From Tubiluchus corallicola (lineage: Eukaryota; Animalia; Priapulida): a stretch of 64,000 nucleotides of DNA. The stretch is from positions 124,001 to 188,000 of the forward strand of contig JAQGDQ010002379.1 in assembly GCA_030141605.1 (NCBI GenBank), in the 5' to 3' direction. Made by a program: the position numbers and the translations under genes. Every line of letters starts with the position of its first letter. Position 1 is the stretch's first letter. Of this stretch, positions 1 through 13,200 are shown piece by piece. Under the pieces are notes generated by a model that was given only the letters and a program-made list of their open reading frames with translations, was not told the DNA's origin and ran no database searches.

Positions 1-200
1 AGGGGAGGGGAGGGGAGGGAGGGAGGGAGGGAGGGAGGGAGGGAGGAAGGAAGGAAGGAAGGAAGGAAGGGGAGAGACAGAGAGAGAGAGAGAGAAAGAA
101 AGAAAAGAAAAGAAATAAGGGAAAAAAGAATGAAAGAAGAAAAAGAAAAAAAGAAAAAAGAAAGCAATAATGAATGCATGAATGAATCAATGAATGAATG
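1..200. repeat. Purine-rich microsatellites (GGGA/GGAA/GA/GAAA/GAAT)
   Basis: Direct reading. Confidence 0.9.
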
Positions 201-456
201 AAAAACAATATACAGGGCTTCTAGAAACAATGTTTACAATTTTGAAAACTTCTTAAGATGGAACTGAAAAGATACAGCATGTAATTTAGGCAACGATTGT
301 TCTGCCACACACACGTGGGCACTACTATTACTTGCTTGCAAGAACTAGCCAAGAAATACACCTAGACTCTAGAATCTAGATTTTGTGAAATTTCAAGATT
401 TGGATTTTTTTAATCAGTTGTATCAGAGTTGAGTTAATCTAAGTAAGGCAACGAAA

Positions 457-1127
457 CTTTGATAAGCACTTGGTATGTTACAACACAACCTCGATAAGCA
501 CTTGGTATGTTACAACACAACCTCGATAAGCACTTGGTATGTTACAACACAACTTTGATAAGCACTTGGTATGTTACAACACAACCTTGATAAGGACTTG
601 GCATGTTACAACACAAGTTTGATAAGCACTTGGTATGTTACAACACAACCTTGATAAGCACTTGGTATGTTACAACACAACGTTGATAAGGACTTGGTAT
701 GTTACAACACAACCTTGATAAGGACTTGGTATATTACAACACAACCTTGATAAGGACTTGGCATGTTACAACACAACTTTGATAAGCACTTGGTATGTTA
801 CAACACAACCTTGATAAGGACTTGGTATGTTACAACACAACCTTGATAAGGACTTGGTATATTACAACACAACCTTGATAAGGACTTGGCATGTTACAAC
901 ACAACTTTGATAAGCACTAGGTATGTTGCAACACAACCTTGGTAAGCACTTGGTATGTTACAACACAACTTTGATAAGCACTTGGTATGTTGCAACACAA
1001 CCTTGATAAGGACTTGGTATATTACAACACAACCTTGATAAGGACTTGGCATGTTACAACACAACCTTGATAAGCACTTGGTATGTTACAACACAACCTT
1101 GATAAGCACATGGTATGTTACAACACT
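457..1127. repeat. 32-bp minisatellite, about 21 copies
   Basis: Unit TTGATAAG(C/G)ACTTGGTATGTTACAACACAACC. Confidence 0.95.
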
Positions 1128-1250
1128 TTTGATTGAATTACCCTTTACACTGCGCTTGCACTAAATTTTTGAATTTGAAAAATACTCTGTAGACACCTGT
1201 GTATCAACCTGTATTTACATGTTGTTTGATCTTGTATTTTGAATTTTCAG

Positions 1251-4200
1251 ATTTAATGAGTTCTTGAGAGGGCAGCTGAATATTACCAATTTCTTTAAGC
1301 AAAAAGTTGATGAACATATGGAAAATTATAGCCCAGATGACACGAAAGATTTTATAGACGTCTATATAAAACAAGTAAAGCATGTGGAAAAGAACAACAT
1401 CCACGATTCAACTTTTACAGGTTTGCAATAATTAGATTAGATTAGATTATTATGTATTACGACAGCAAGGCTATAAATTACATAAAAATAAACATACAGT
1501 TAAAAGTACATTTACAATTATAATTACAAAAAAATATCTAAAACTACAATCATTAAGAAATAATAAAAGTACTAGAAAAATTCATTCTTAGACGTGTAAC
1601 ATTTTACCTTCGTTTTACCCAGCGGTTTGGTTTCAGTTGTCTACAGCTTAACGCCTATACGAATGTCAAATATTCGAATGTGCTTAAATATTAGAGACTG
1701 AAAATAGATATCTGAGTTCAAAATACATTGCACATAGAAGTTTTGCGAATTTTGTAGCCTAACAAATAGAGAGAAAGCTTAGCGTCTAACTATAACATCA
1801 AAAGTAAGGGATGTCGTAATCCAAGTACACATAGTTATATTGAAAGTTCAATCATTATCAGCTATAACTGATCTTTCAATATAGCTGATTGAACTTTCAA
1901 TATAAGTATGTGTACTTGGATTACGACATCCCTTACTTTTGATTTTATATTAATGCGGTAGAGTTGTAGGCAACAACTTGCATATGTAACGTGCAAAAAT
2001 TTTACAGAAATGTCATAGTCCTTAGCGTAATGTTATATAACCGTTTCAGCTTATGAAGCGAAGTGCGTTTCTCAAGATCTCTTCTTTGGTGGAAGTGACA
2101 CTACTTCTCTGACCTTGTATTGGGGATTCCTGTACTTGCTGCACTATCCAGAAGTGTTGAAACAAGTGCAAAAAGAAATTGATGACGTCATTGGAAGGTC
2201 AAGATTGCCATCAATGAGAGACATGAAAAATATGCCCTACACTGAAGCAACATTGGCTGAAATACAAAGAATGGGTCTGTATTTCTAATAATTCTAATAA
2301 TAAAGAATTATTAGTCAAAAACTGTAATTTACATATAATTACGTGCTTAAATGTTGATTTACTTGCAATTAAATCACTGTGGAATACAGCCACAGTTGCA
2401 AAGAAAAGTTTCAGGCAGGCCTAAACCAGAAAATATGAAATTTTAAGGGGATTTTGACAATGTGAAATTAGCTGTTCATAGCTAGTTTTGTAATTTTTAT
2501 AAATGACTCAAACTAAAACTTGAAGTGAAATTTGAATCTACGACCTTTCAAATGCAACCAATCATAATCTTTTATTGAGCACCCATTTTCGCAAATATTA
2601 CTGTCATTTGCAATAGTTTAAGACCAAAGTGATTTTTTCATGAAAATTGACAAAACCATCGTTTAACACGGTTCCATCTAAAAACTATTCATTTATTCTT
2701 CTAGAAAAATATACTACAGCATAGTCTGTATGTTTTTATCCAAAAATAGTCACAGTCCTTGAACATTTTAGTACTTTGTATGACCGCCGAAGTTGTCAAT
2801 CACTGCCTTCATTCTAAGAGGCATACTGGAAATTAGGTTTTGGCAGTACTCGGAAGTAATTTCTTGTCTTTATTATTAGTAGTCCTATTTTACCGAATGC
2901 TTCGCATTGTTCTTTAATTTATATGCATATTTCAGCCAATATCGCACCACTTGGAATTCCACACGCTGTTTCGCAAGAGGTGGTTTTGCGAGGCTACACA
3001 ATTCCTGCTGACACTCCAGTAATATTAAACATGACGGCTGTATTAAGAGATCCAAGAATTTTTCCAAATCCAGATCAATTTCTACCGAAGCGTCATCTTG
3101 ACAGGGAAGGAATTTTTGTGAAAAATGAAGCTTTGATACCGTTTTCTGTTGGTAAGAATCAATGAAGCTTTGATAACATTTTCTGTTGGTAAAAATCAAT
3201 GAAGCTTTGATACCATTTTCTGTTGGTAAGAATCAATGAAGCTTTGATACCATTTTCTGTTGGTAAGAATCAATGAAGCTTTGATACCGTTTTCTGTTGG
3301 TAAGAATCAATGAAGCTTTGATACCATTTTCTGTTGGTAAGAATCAATGAAGCTTTGATACCAATTTCTGTTGGTAAGAACCAAGACAAAGAAAATTCTA
3401 TTAGTCACAAACTAACACTATCACTAATAATTAGACCAATTAGACCAAGAATCAGGCCAATTGTAATATGACCTGATGCTTATTCACATGTGAAAATCAA
3501 TATACACAATTTGAACAATTGTGGTTGTAATATGGCCTAATTACAAACATTTGGGGCTATCAGTTACTTGGTAATTTGAACTGATACAATTGAGAAAACT
3601 GCAGAATGATCAGTAAAGTTAGTAACTTGTTACTGATGAGGCGCAGTTTAGCATTCCGTTTGGTAAAAAGCATTAATTTGGTTAACAGAAACTGCAGGTA
3701 CTATTATATAAAAATGTAATAATACTACTTACTCTATGTAGAAGAATGAAAACAAACTTTGGATTTTAAGATTGGAAACGCAGCTTAGCTCTGCAAAAAC
3801 CTAATACAGCACTTGAAAGAAATAAAAAACATAGGTTGTGTTATCTATGTATACTGATGCACCTATCTGATAATTTGCTCATGGCAGTTTTTTAATTGTA
3901 AAAAGTTAACATTGCTGACCTTTCCCGGTGTGATAAATAATTTAACTTTCGAATATTGTGGTCAATTTTGGACTTTTATACTTCTCATTGTAGTTTTTCC
4001 AGGCGATTTACCGTAACTGGATTAGACTACCAACATTTACACCTATAAAATCTACATTTATTGTAACTTAAACGAAATAAAGCCAGAAAGAGGCAACACG
4101 CGTTTATAGTTTTTACAGCTAAGCTTTCGAATTTGTGCGTCTTCTTCGGTACAAAACATAGAGAGATCCGACTTTCTGCTTTAAACTGACGAGCCCAAAA

Positions 4201-5093
4201 TTTAAGTGAAAACAGGGTGATTTTTCATATACTCCCCCTTTTCAAGTCCGGTAAAAAGTATACATTTTAACACAATTTACATTGCAAAAGCCTTTCTGGT
4301 ACTTAATTAATAAATTAAAAACTTAAGCAGTCGAGCTCCGCTACTGATGACATCACAAACTAACATAATTTTCAACAGCAAAAATATGCTATGAGCGTGT
4401 GTAGATTCAGTGTGTTGCACTAAAACTAGGTAAGGTTTAAGATAAAAATTGAAATTTCAAATTTACCGCTGTACTCACGCATGAGCTGTCGAACGTGCGT
4501 AGTTCGTCACAAACTAACATGTCTGAACTGGGAGGTACAGCTACAGCACTTCTTTTTTGTGCAATGCGTTTCCGAAATGCAGGCGCTAGTGCCCATCTAA
4601 CTAGCGAATAGTGAAATGCATATAACAGCGAGAAACTAGTGGCGCGAACGTGAAGTTTTGTTTGTGTGGTAATAATTCTTTCACGTAAGTCATTTTTGAA
4701 AAAAATGTTTTCTTTCAATATTTTAAAGAGTAGATTGTTTTGACCTACTGTTTAAGTTTGGTGTTCGCTTTTCCTTTAACTGTAAGAAATTATAAACTTG
4801 TGCTGGATCTTTGTGCGCTTATTCCTTTAAGTTGTAATTAAATATACAACGAATCTGCGCAGATTCGCATCGACAGTGGTATTTTTTCAATATTATAAAT
4901 TGCACTTCTAGGTCGCCGTGCTTGTATGGGGGAAGCCCTTGCCAGGATGGAATTGTTTTTGTTCTTCACCAGCGTGCTTCAGAATTTTGACATTGACCTT
5001 CCGCCGGGATCGGAAAAACCAACCCTACAGCCACAAATTGGCCTCATCTCAGCATCTGCAAAGCCGTACAAGATCAAAATGTCGTGTAGATAG
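1251..5093 (+). CDS. Cytochrome P450, CYP2 clan, 3' part (5' exons lie upstream of the window); exons 1251-1420, 2050-2274, 2936-3151, 4912-5093
   Basis: Phase-consistent GT-AG splicing gives ...[20 protein letters not shown]..., the I-helix [11 protein letters not shown], the K-helix EIQR (ExxR), the meander FLPKRHL and the haem motif FSVG|RRACMG split by the last intron. Stop TAG at 5091-5093. Confidence 0.95.
1791..1949. mobile_element. Palindromic MITE-like foldback in a CYP intron
   Basis: Near-perfect inverted arms of about 62 bp (1791-1853 and 1887-1949) around a short spacer, with TA-rich ends. Confidence 0.7.
3124..3382 (+). repeat. 37-bp tandem repeat, 7 copies, spanning a CYP exon end and its splice donor
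   Basis: Unit AATGAAGCTTTGATACC(G/A)TTTTCTGTTG|GTAAGAATC. Confidence 0.95.
4200..4780. repeat. Interspersed repeat, copy 1 (second copy about 18253-18830); TTAA-like ends suggest a Kolobok/piggyBac-type non-autonomous element
   Basis: Long diverged similarity between the two loci. The antisense ORFs 4437-4718 and 18507-18773 share [15 protein letters not shown]...VCDEL.TFDSSC. Confidence 0.7.
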
Positions 5094-6962
5094 AGTGTCG
5101 AACACCCACAAGTACAAGAGTTTCATATGAAAATCTGCATGATTGTTCATGCAACGTAGGGTCAAGCGGTAAGGGGCTAGGCGCCTAGAGGAGAAGTTTC
5201 AGATGCAAAAGCAGGAACTTTTGCCATGGGAGGAATTCGGTCAGACGAAGAACTCTAATCTGGGGGGAAATGTATTCTATGCACTGTGTATACACCTATA
5301 CTTAACCAAATGAACTGCTGCTAATATACACAAGTTAGTAAGCTGCGTGCAGACGAAAGTTAGAATTAAAACACATTGAAGTTTTGTGAAGATTTAATTA
5401 ACTATCATCTTTTTCTATTAATGCACTTAAACATTGAAGTTTTGTGATGATTCAATTAACTATCATCTTTTTTCTATTAATGCACTTAAAAAGAGGAGCT
5501 TTAAACTTGTAATTCTTTAGCAACTCATTTGGACATTAAATCATGTACATGTTTTATGACGAATTAAAATACTGATTTCGTTTTTCATTTGATTTAACTA
5601 ATTCAAGATTAAAGTTGTTTTAATAATTAAAGTGCAGAGGCAGAAAAATTAATGGAGTAAATTTAGGAAACCAGGAATCGCAAAGGTTGGCATGCGAATC
5701 AGAGCTCCGAGCGTCATTGGCTGGGGAATTGAACAAATACAGATGTTTCCAGAGCAAGGGTATACCTTGTTTTAGTCCTTTATTTCAAATACACGTTTTA
5801 CGTAGCTTGATAGATATCCAACTCTAGAATGTAAATAAATAATAGACAGCAAATCATGTGTTCCAGTAAAAATGACAAAGAAAAATTATTAAAACACGGA
5901 AGACTACAATGAAATTATATTTGTTGTAGTTTTAATTATTATATATATATATAATTGTTATAATATATATATATATATAAATATTAGAAACCTAAATAAT
6001 TACTGTTTAAATATAAATAAAAATAAAACGATGGGATGCTTTATCCTTTGATCTGAGGTCTGACAACTGTATAATTCTCGTCAACGCAACACGCCTTGCA
6101 AGTATCACAAGCCCTGGAATAAGAAAAAAAACCGTCTAATTATTATTAATAAAATTGGATACTTTTAAACTGTTGATGTGTATCGATATTTTTATCATTT
6201 AACCGTTACATAGGATAAATGGTTGGGGCTTTCTGACAGTCTATTGTGGCTTTTTGACAATCTATTGTGGCTTTCTGACAATCTATATTTAGAGGTCATC
6301 TGATGCAACCGTAACCTGCAAAATTACAACCGTTAAAACAAAAAACCAAACAAACACAAAAACAAACAAATAAACAAACAGCAGACACAAACACACAAAT
6401 AAACAAACAGACAAACAAGCAAGCAAACAGCTAAAACAAAAGCCAAATTCCCATGCAGAGATTAAAAAGTCCTATTCAAAGTCCTATTCAATTTATTGTA
6501 CTTACGATTTGATACTTACACACATTTCTCATGATATCCACACTGCTTAATTCTGGGATCGCATGGCCACACAAAACAGTAATACGTAACTGGAGCCCAA
6601 CAACCTGTAACCAAGAAAACTCCTTTTACGAGTGTCGTGGTGGCTGTCTCTCTGCCGGAGTGCACCACCATAATGGACGTTCTCTATTACTTAATAAACA
6701 TTTCCGAAATTTAACAACAATTACGACGTATCTGAACTGAAAACGTAGGTGGAAGTTCAAAACAAACAAGCGTAGGAGCGATTAGATGTAAGTAACCTCT
6801 TGCAAAAGTAATTCACCATTTGTTTTGATCCCGTTAATAGTAAGTGCATTTAATCTAGACAACGGAATTCTAATTTATCACTGTAACAACTTGAAAGAAC
6901 AGTACTCACCGCTTAGGAGACATTCATTTTCTGGTGGATGTTTCAATTTATCAAAAAAACTT

Positions 6963-7215
6963 GCAGCTGTCACTTCTAAATTAAAAAACACCAAACCGTA
7001 TTACTGTAAGTTATGTACGTCTATACTGTACGGTACTTGTCAAAAAACTTTCAGTTGTCACTTGTAAATTAAAACTACCATACCGTATTACTGTAAGTTA
7101 TGTATGTCTATACTGTACGGTACTTGTCAAAAAACTTTTCGTTGTCACTTCTAAATTAAAAAAACACCAAAGAGTATTACTCTAAGTTATTCTTAACAAG
7201 TCTATAGATACTGTA
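6963..7215. repeat. About 88-bp tandem repeat, 2-3 copies
   Basis: Unit GTCACTT.TAAATTAAAA...CCGTATTACTGTAAGTTATGTA.GTCTATACTGTACGGTACTTGTCAAAAAC. Confidence 0.8.
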
Positions 7216-7819
7216 CGTATAGAACATAGATTCGTATAGAATACTATGATTTCAAATTATAATAATGCAAACTTACCGTATCCTAAGTTAGCAACTAGCC
7301 CCACAAAAACACAAACCATGAAAATTGTCTTTGACGAATCCATTTCAAAATGTCTTGCAACGTTGTTGGCGTATAAATGTTTCTTAATTCAATTTCTGAA
7401 ATTCAGTGTCTTTATGAATTCATTTACGACTGTACGTTGAGGTAACATACGTCCTGCAGTCTTGCTTCGACAGTAAACTATCGCATTAAATGTTCAAGGG
7501 TATGAGGGCTGTATATATACGTAATTCATACAAGACTCGTGCTCACAAACAACAACATACAATAGTTTGTGGAACAGGATGCTGGTGTTTCCTTTTAGCT
7601 ATTTAACTACTCACGACTACATGTAGTGTAATAACTGATCCGTGTAGCTTCTGAGAGCTCAAAAAGTTGTTACGTACGTAGCCTTTCTGCATCACAATTT
7701 TCTTAAGTATAGACCTACATTTATTAGAAACGAAAATACTTCGCTCAGACGGAAACTTGTAAACACAAAACATCACAGACATTTTAATAGTCCAGCAGGG
7801 AACATCTCTTTGTTCATTG

Positions 7820-8158
7820 CCATCACCACTACATTCACTAACAGCATCACCATCACCATCATCGTCGTCGTCATCATCAACAACGACAACGACAACAGCA
7901 GCAGTAACAACAACAATAACATCATCGTGGTCATCAGCATCATCATCATCATCAACGACAACGACAATAACAACAACAGCAGCAGCAACAACAATAACAA
8001 TAACATCGTCGTGGTCATCAGCATCATCATCATCATCCTCACCATCATCATCAACGACAACAACAACAACAGCAGCAGCAGCAGCAGCAACAACAACAAC
8101 AATAACCTCGTCGTGGTCATCAGCATCATCATCATCATCATGATTGACGATAACAACA
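7820..8158. repeat. Compound trinucleotide repeat (CAT/CAA/CAG/CGA) with about three higher-order blocks
   Basis: Direct reading. It explains the four overlapping low-complexity ORFs. Confidence 0.9.
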
Positions 8159-8805
8159 GGTACATTCGTGGGCATTGCTTAAGGTACTATGAGGCCAACC
8201 CTTATGTACATAAATGATAAAAAACCATCAAACATAATTATTAGAATCTATAGTTTAACGAGTGATTATTATTTTTCTAAAACGTCACGGATATTAACAT
8301 TCTGTACAGGAAAACAATCAAAGCTATACATAACAAAACTAATTCCTCATAATCAGGCTGACTTGAGCCAGTAATATAGCAAATTATGTTCAAAAAACAC
8401 AGTGAAATTGTCAACGAATTACAGATTATTTAATACATGATACTTAATCAATAGATAATTAACGTTTAATAAAATTAATTTACTGTCAGTAATTGTCAAA
8501 GAGTTTCGTTCACCAACTTAAGAAAACGAAACAAACACTGCACAAACCGTTTAAACAAATTAAACTGCATACAGTTTTTCGCTGTTCAGAAACTGAGGTT
8601 TACATTACCAAAATTATTATGCTTAATGAATGAATAGTTTAATAATACTTGTTAATGAAGTATAGAGTTACCATAATAAAAAGTCATCAATCATCGAAAA
8701 ACATGCTTTCAACGATTGTTGGCCATCTTTATTACACTAAACTGCGTTCAAAATCAAGTAGTCGAATATTTTAACCACTTATCGTGAATCCACTTTGTTG
8801 CGTAC

Positions 8806-9207
8806 AGGGGCGTATCAATACTTTACAGCGTCCTAGGCTGATTATTCTGTCTGGTCCATTTCTATTGCGAACTTATATAATGAGCACGATAAACAATTAC
8901 TTGTGGTGTATTAGAAACACTATTAACCTAGTTTTACGTGGTCATTATTATTAACATGTATTTGCACAGCGCAGGCTGCGCAACTGCTTTTTGTGTAATA
9001 CCTTGCACCTGTTCGTTATGTGGCACTTATATAAAAGTTGCTCTCACTAATATAAAATGATGTATTAGAAAATGCGCCCTTTACATGAATATGAAAGTAC
9101 ACACATTTTCCAAGTAAAATAAGAATTTTTTCTAAAACGTGACGCTCTTCGGACCTTTGGCGCCCTAGGCTTTAGCCTAGTTAGCCTATTTGTTAATACG
9201 CCCATTA
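8806..9207. mobile_element. Probable non-autonomous DNA element
   Basis: Ends CAGGGGCGTAT and ATACGCCC form imperfect TIRs, with internal GCGYCCTAGGC motifs near both ends. Confidence 0.45.
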
Positions 9208-9439
9208 TTGTATACAATGTCTGCGAGCAAACAAGAAAAGAACATTACGTTAAAATTGCAACCCAACATAAATCATCACAATTATTTTGCAACGTGAAAG
9301 ACCTGCCTACTACACAAATACAAACTTTATCGTGAACTACATAAGTTATCAAAGCACGCAAGAAAAGCCTGCCACATTGATTCGGAATTCAAGAGATGAT
9401 TTCGTCTTAAATGAATTCTACAAAATTTATAATGTAATA

Positions 9440-10075
9440 TTCTCTCAAGTATGGGCCATAATCGTAATGACATAGTAGCTAAAACTCTGATCAATACATA
9501 TTGTCTACCCAATGTCTACCATACATATTTGTTATACGGATGCGAAATTGGGGGTATATCAGACAATGAAGTTAATGCCATTAGGGTAAAATGGAACACT
9601 GCTTATAGAAAAATATTCGATTTTAGACAAAATGAAAGCGTCAAATTGTTAATGTATTTTTGTGGCGCATTGCCTGCGAGTTATTTAGTAGATAGTCGAA
9701 AATTAAACTTTGTGAGAAAAATTGTAAACTCCTGCACATTGAGAATTCCAAAGCCATGCTACTATGTAAATAACAGTCAAGTAACTTTAAGATTTAAACA
9801 TGGTTGTACTGTAGCTCTAAATCCTAAACGAAAATGTAAAATTAAAGGTTAAGAACTCATTTAAAGATTATGTTTTAAGATATCTATTATAGCTCCTTAC
9901 AACACTGTATAATGTAATATAATTACAAGGGAACTACAATGTGTGGTTATTATAAAGTTGAATGTCTGTAGATATGTTATTTTACTAATATCGCATTACC
10001 TGTTTTACTAACATTTTTATCTTTGTGAGCTGTATATTTTTTATACGAAATAAACTCATAATAACAATAATAATT
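9440..10075 (+). mobile_element. Degenerate LINE 3' fragment just downstream of the Wnt8 stop
   Basis: ORF 9451-9852 has post-RT motifs (TYCLP...LLYGCE...WNTAYRKIF). AATAAA near 10049 is followed by an (ATA)n-like tail. Confidence 0.6.
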
Positions 10076-10275
10076 GTAAGTTTCTGTGAAATAATAGTTA
10101 AGTTGAAAAGAATTTGGCAGTAGCTATTCACACACTTGCGGGGCAGGCGGGGCAGAGGACACAATCGATTACAGTGCCATGCCCACAGTGGCTATTTTGG
10201 ATGGCATCAAGAAAACTTAACACACAGTATTATAAGACATAATAATATTTACATTTCAGACTTGCACTGGCATTA

Positions 10276-13200
10276 TCATGCCACGCAAGTTAGTTTATCA
10301 ACAGTTTCACGACATTCTTCACATTTTACTTCGCAACACCATTCGAATTTACAATTGCAGCTTGTAAACAGTTGCAGGGTCTGTCGGCGAACTTTCAAAC
10401 CGCAGTTTTTACACAAGGTTTTACAGCTTCGTCTCTCTGATTGTGAAATTTCTTTTCCCTTTCGTTTAGAGCAAAGCCTGCCCGCTGTTCCAACATGTCC
10501 TGTAATTCATTGAAAGCCACATAAATTTGTATTGTGAACTGATACACATTTGTCTTAAAAAAACCCAAGAATGCAGCGACAATAAGATCAAGATTAAGCT
10601 TATAGTTATGAGAACTTTTTTACCTATTCTAAATTTGACAGTACATGTTTACGTCATGATACTTTTATTAATTTAGCAAACTGATAAATGTGCATCAGCG
10701 CTTGGTATTAAAAATAAAATTTATTATGTGAAGAAAGACTTTGTTCATCTAACTGGGCACCAAGTCAAAGGATGTAATAATCATTATGCTATATATGGGT
10801 CGCAGAAACAGAGGCTTAAAAGTTTAGCACCAAAACGCCAAAAGATTGAGTTCAACTAACGAAACGGTTAAACATCTCGCATAAAAAAGCTAAACAAGAA
10901 ACTTCATGACCCATTTGTTACTGTCAATGAAAAATGATAGGAATGCTTACAGAAAGCCGCGATTTTGTTTCAATATAAATATATGCATAACCTGTATTCT
11001 GAGGATTACCCACATATCACAATACCGAAAGTAAAGTAAAGTAAAGTAAAGTAAAGTAAAGTAAAGTAAAGTAAAGTAAAGTAAAGTAAAGTAAAGTAAA
11101 GTAAAGTAAAGTAAAGTAAAGTAAAGTAAAGTAAAGTAAAGTAAAGTAAAGTAAAGTAAAGTAAAGTAAAGTAAAGTAAAGTAAAGTAAAGTAAAGTAAA
11201 GTAAAGTAAAGTAAAGTAAAGTAAAGTAAAGTAAAGTAAAGTAAAGTAAAGTAAAGTAAAGTAAAACAAAGTAAGGTAAAGCAAAGCAAAGTAAAGTAAG
11301 GCAAAGTAAAGTAAAGTAAAGTAAAGTAAAGTAAAGTACAGTAAAGTAAAGTAAAGTAAAGTAAAGTAAAGTAAAGTAAAGTAAAGTAAAGTAAAGTAAA
11401 GTAAAGTAAAGTAAAGTAAAGTAAAGTAAAGTAAAGTAAAGTAAAGTAAAGTAAAGTAAAGTAAAGTAAAAGTAAAGTAAAGTAAAGTAAAGTAAAGTAA
11501 AGTAAAGTAAAGTAAAGTAAAGTAAAGTAAAGTAAAGTAAAGTAAAGTAAAGTAAAGTAAAGTAAAGTAAAGTAAAGTAAAGTAAATTAATGTAAAGCAA
11601 AGCAAAGAAAAGCAAAGTAAAGTAAAGCAAAGCAAAGTAAAGTAACACAAAGTAAAGCAAAGCAAAGCAAAATACGGCAAAGTGAAGTAAAGAAAAGTAA
11701 ATTAACTTTAAGCAAAATATGGCAAAGTAAAGTAAAGTAAAAATAATGCAAAACAAAGTAAAGCTAAGTATATTGTAAAGTTGTAAAGTTGAGTAAGGTA
11801 AGGTAAAGTTAGACAAAGAAAAATAAATTAAACATCGTACCGGACTTCATACCTTCTGTAATATTAGCTTTGCAATAGTCATGGGATGGTTCCAAATAGA
11901 CGAGACTCCTCCTTTTTAGGGAAGGTATTTCTTCAATACGTCCTGTATTCATCAATTTCAATTCGCCGTTTTTATAGTCAACTTTCACCGCTTTCCAGTA
12001 TCTCTTCTTCAAGTAATCGCCAACTTTCCGGAAATCGGACAACTGCAGCCAACATGTTTGCGTCGAACAACTTCCGGATACGCCGTGGCACTTGCAGGTT
12101 CGTTTTAGAGTATGGCGGACCGCCTGATAACAACAAATTTTGCTCTTTAATCTTGACCATAATCAATGCAAACAAATATTCTAGTAGACGTAAGTTAAAA
12201 CATACTGCAAGAGCAATCTGTATTTCAATTTAGAGATAGCATGTACTTCTACGACCTTCGACACGTGATCAATTGTTTCTTTGGCTGTTGCTGCATTTGG
12301 CCGTTAGGCAACTTTTGCAATCGAGTTTTCTAGTTATTCAGTTTTGTAACAAATAAAAATAAAATTCAACAACAAACAACTTAAAAAATAAATTCAAGCC
12401 AGAAATTCAAAAAATATTATATTTATTAATCAAAGAGGCGTCACTTTAAAATACCTCATCTTTCTTACCAGTAGATAGCACCACGTTATGCATATTACGC
12501 TATTACTAGCGCTGTTTACGTGGTAGAGTCCCCATCTACTAAAATCAGTGTTAAACTAAAAAAGTTAGTACGCCTTTAATTTCAATTATTCATAATTTCT
12601 ATTATTACACTTTGCGTTAAGTAGTGAAAATATTCAATTGTGCTTTACTATGTTAATATAAATAAAGGTGTTAAGTGAACTTACTGCTCTCCCTGCTTTA
12701 TTATTGTGCAGATTCATCAAAGCTGTTGCATCTTTCCCAGTTTCCAAAGCGTCTACGAACTGCTTACTTATTTGCTCTCCAAATTTGACATTGTCACTGC
12801 ACCCACCCCAAGTCCAGCCCGGAGCTGCTATAACAAAACAAAACACAAAGATGGCAGAAACAAAGTATTAAGAAACAAACTGCGAAGATATTTGACAGGT
12901 AGAATTTTCCATAGATGTAATTTCTAGGTGTCAACTAAACTAAACTAAACTAAACTAAACTAAACTAAACTAAACTAAACTAAACTAAACTAAACTAAAC
13001 TAAACTAAACTAAACTAAACTAAACTAAACTAAACTAAACTAAACTAAACTAAACTAAACTAAACTAAACTAAACTATACTATACTAAATATGGAACTAT
13101 ATAATAAAACGCCTTTCAGAGCAAAAATGATCAGTCACGATGTGTTAATACCAAGAGACATCTATATCATACACCTATTCCGAGATTTCAAAGACTATTC

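Noticed and set aside
457-1127. CRISPR-like array, or duplicated splice donor (TG|GTATGT)
   Set aside because: The units are contiguous with no unique spacers and the context is eukaryotic. The sequence preceding the first unit has stops in all three frames, so it is not a CYP coding exon.
7603-8217. Four overlapping ORFs with poly-D/V/L/N/S/T
   Set aside because: They are translations of a compound trinucleotide microsatellite, with no splice or domain support.
10947-11816. Long (LLYFT)n hydrophobic ORFs
   Set aside because: They are translations of the (GTAAA)n microsatellite inside a Wnt8 intron.
12933-13088. Telomeric repeat
   Set aside because: The unit is TTTAG, not TTAGG or TTAGGG. 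It is an ordinary interstitial microsatellite.
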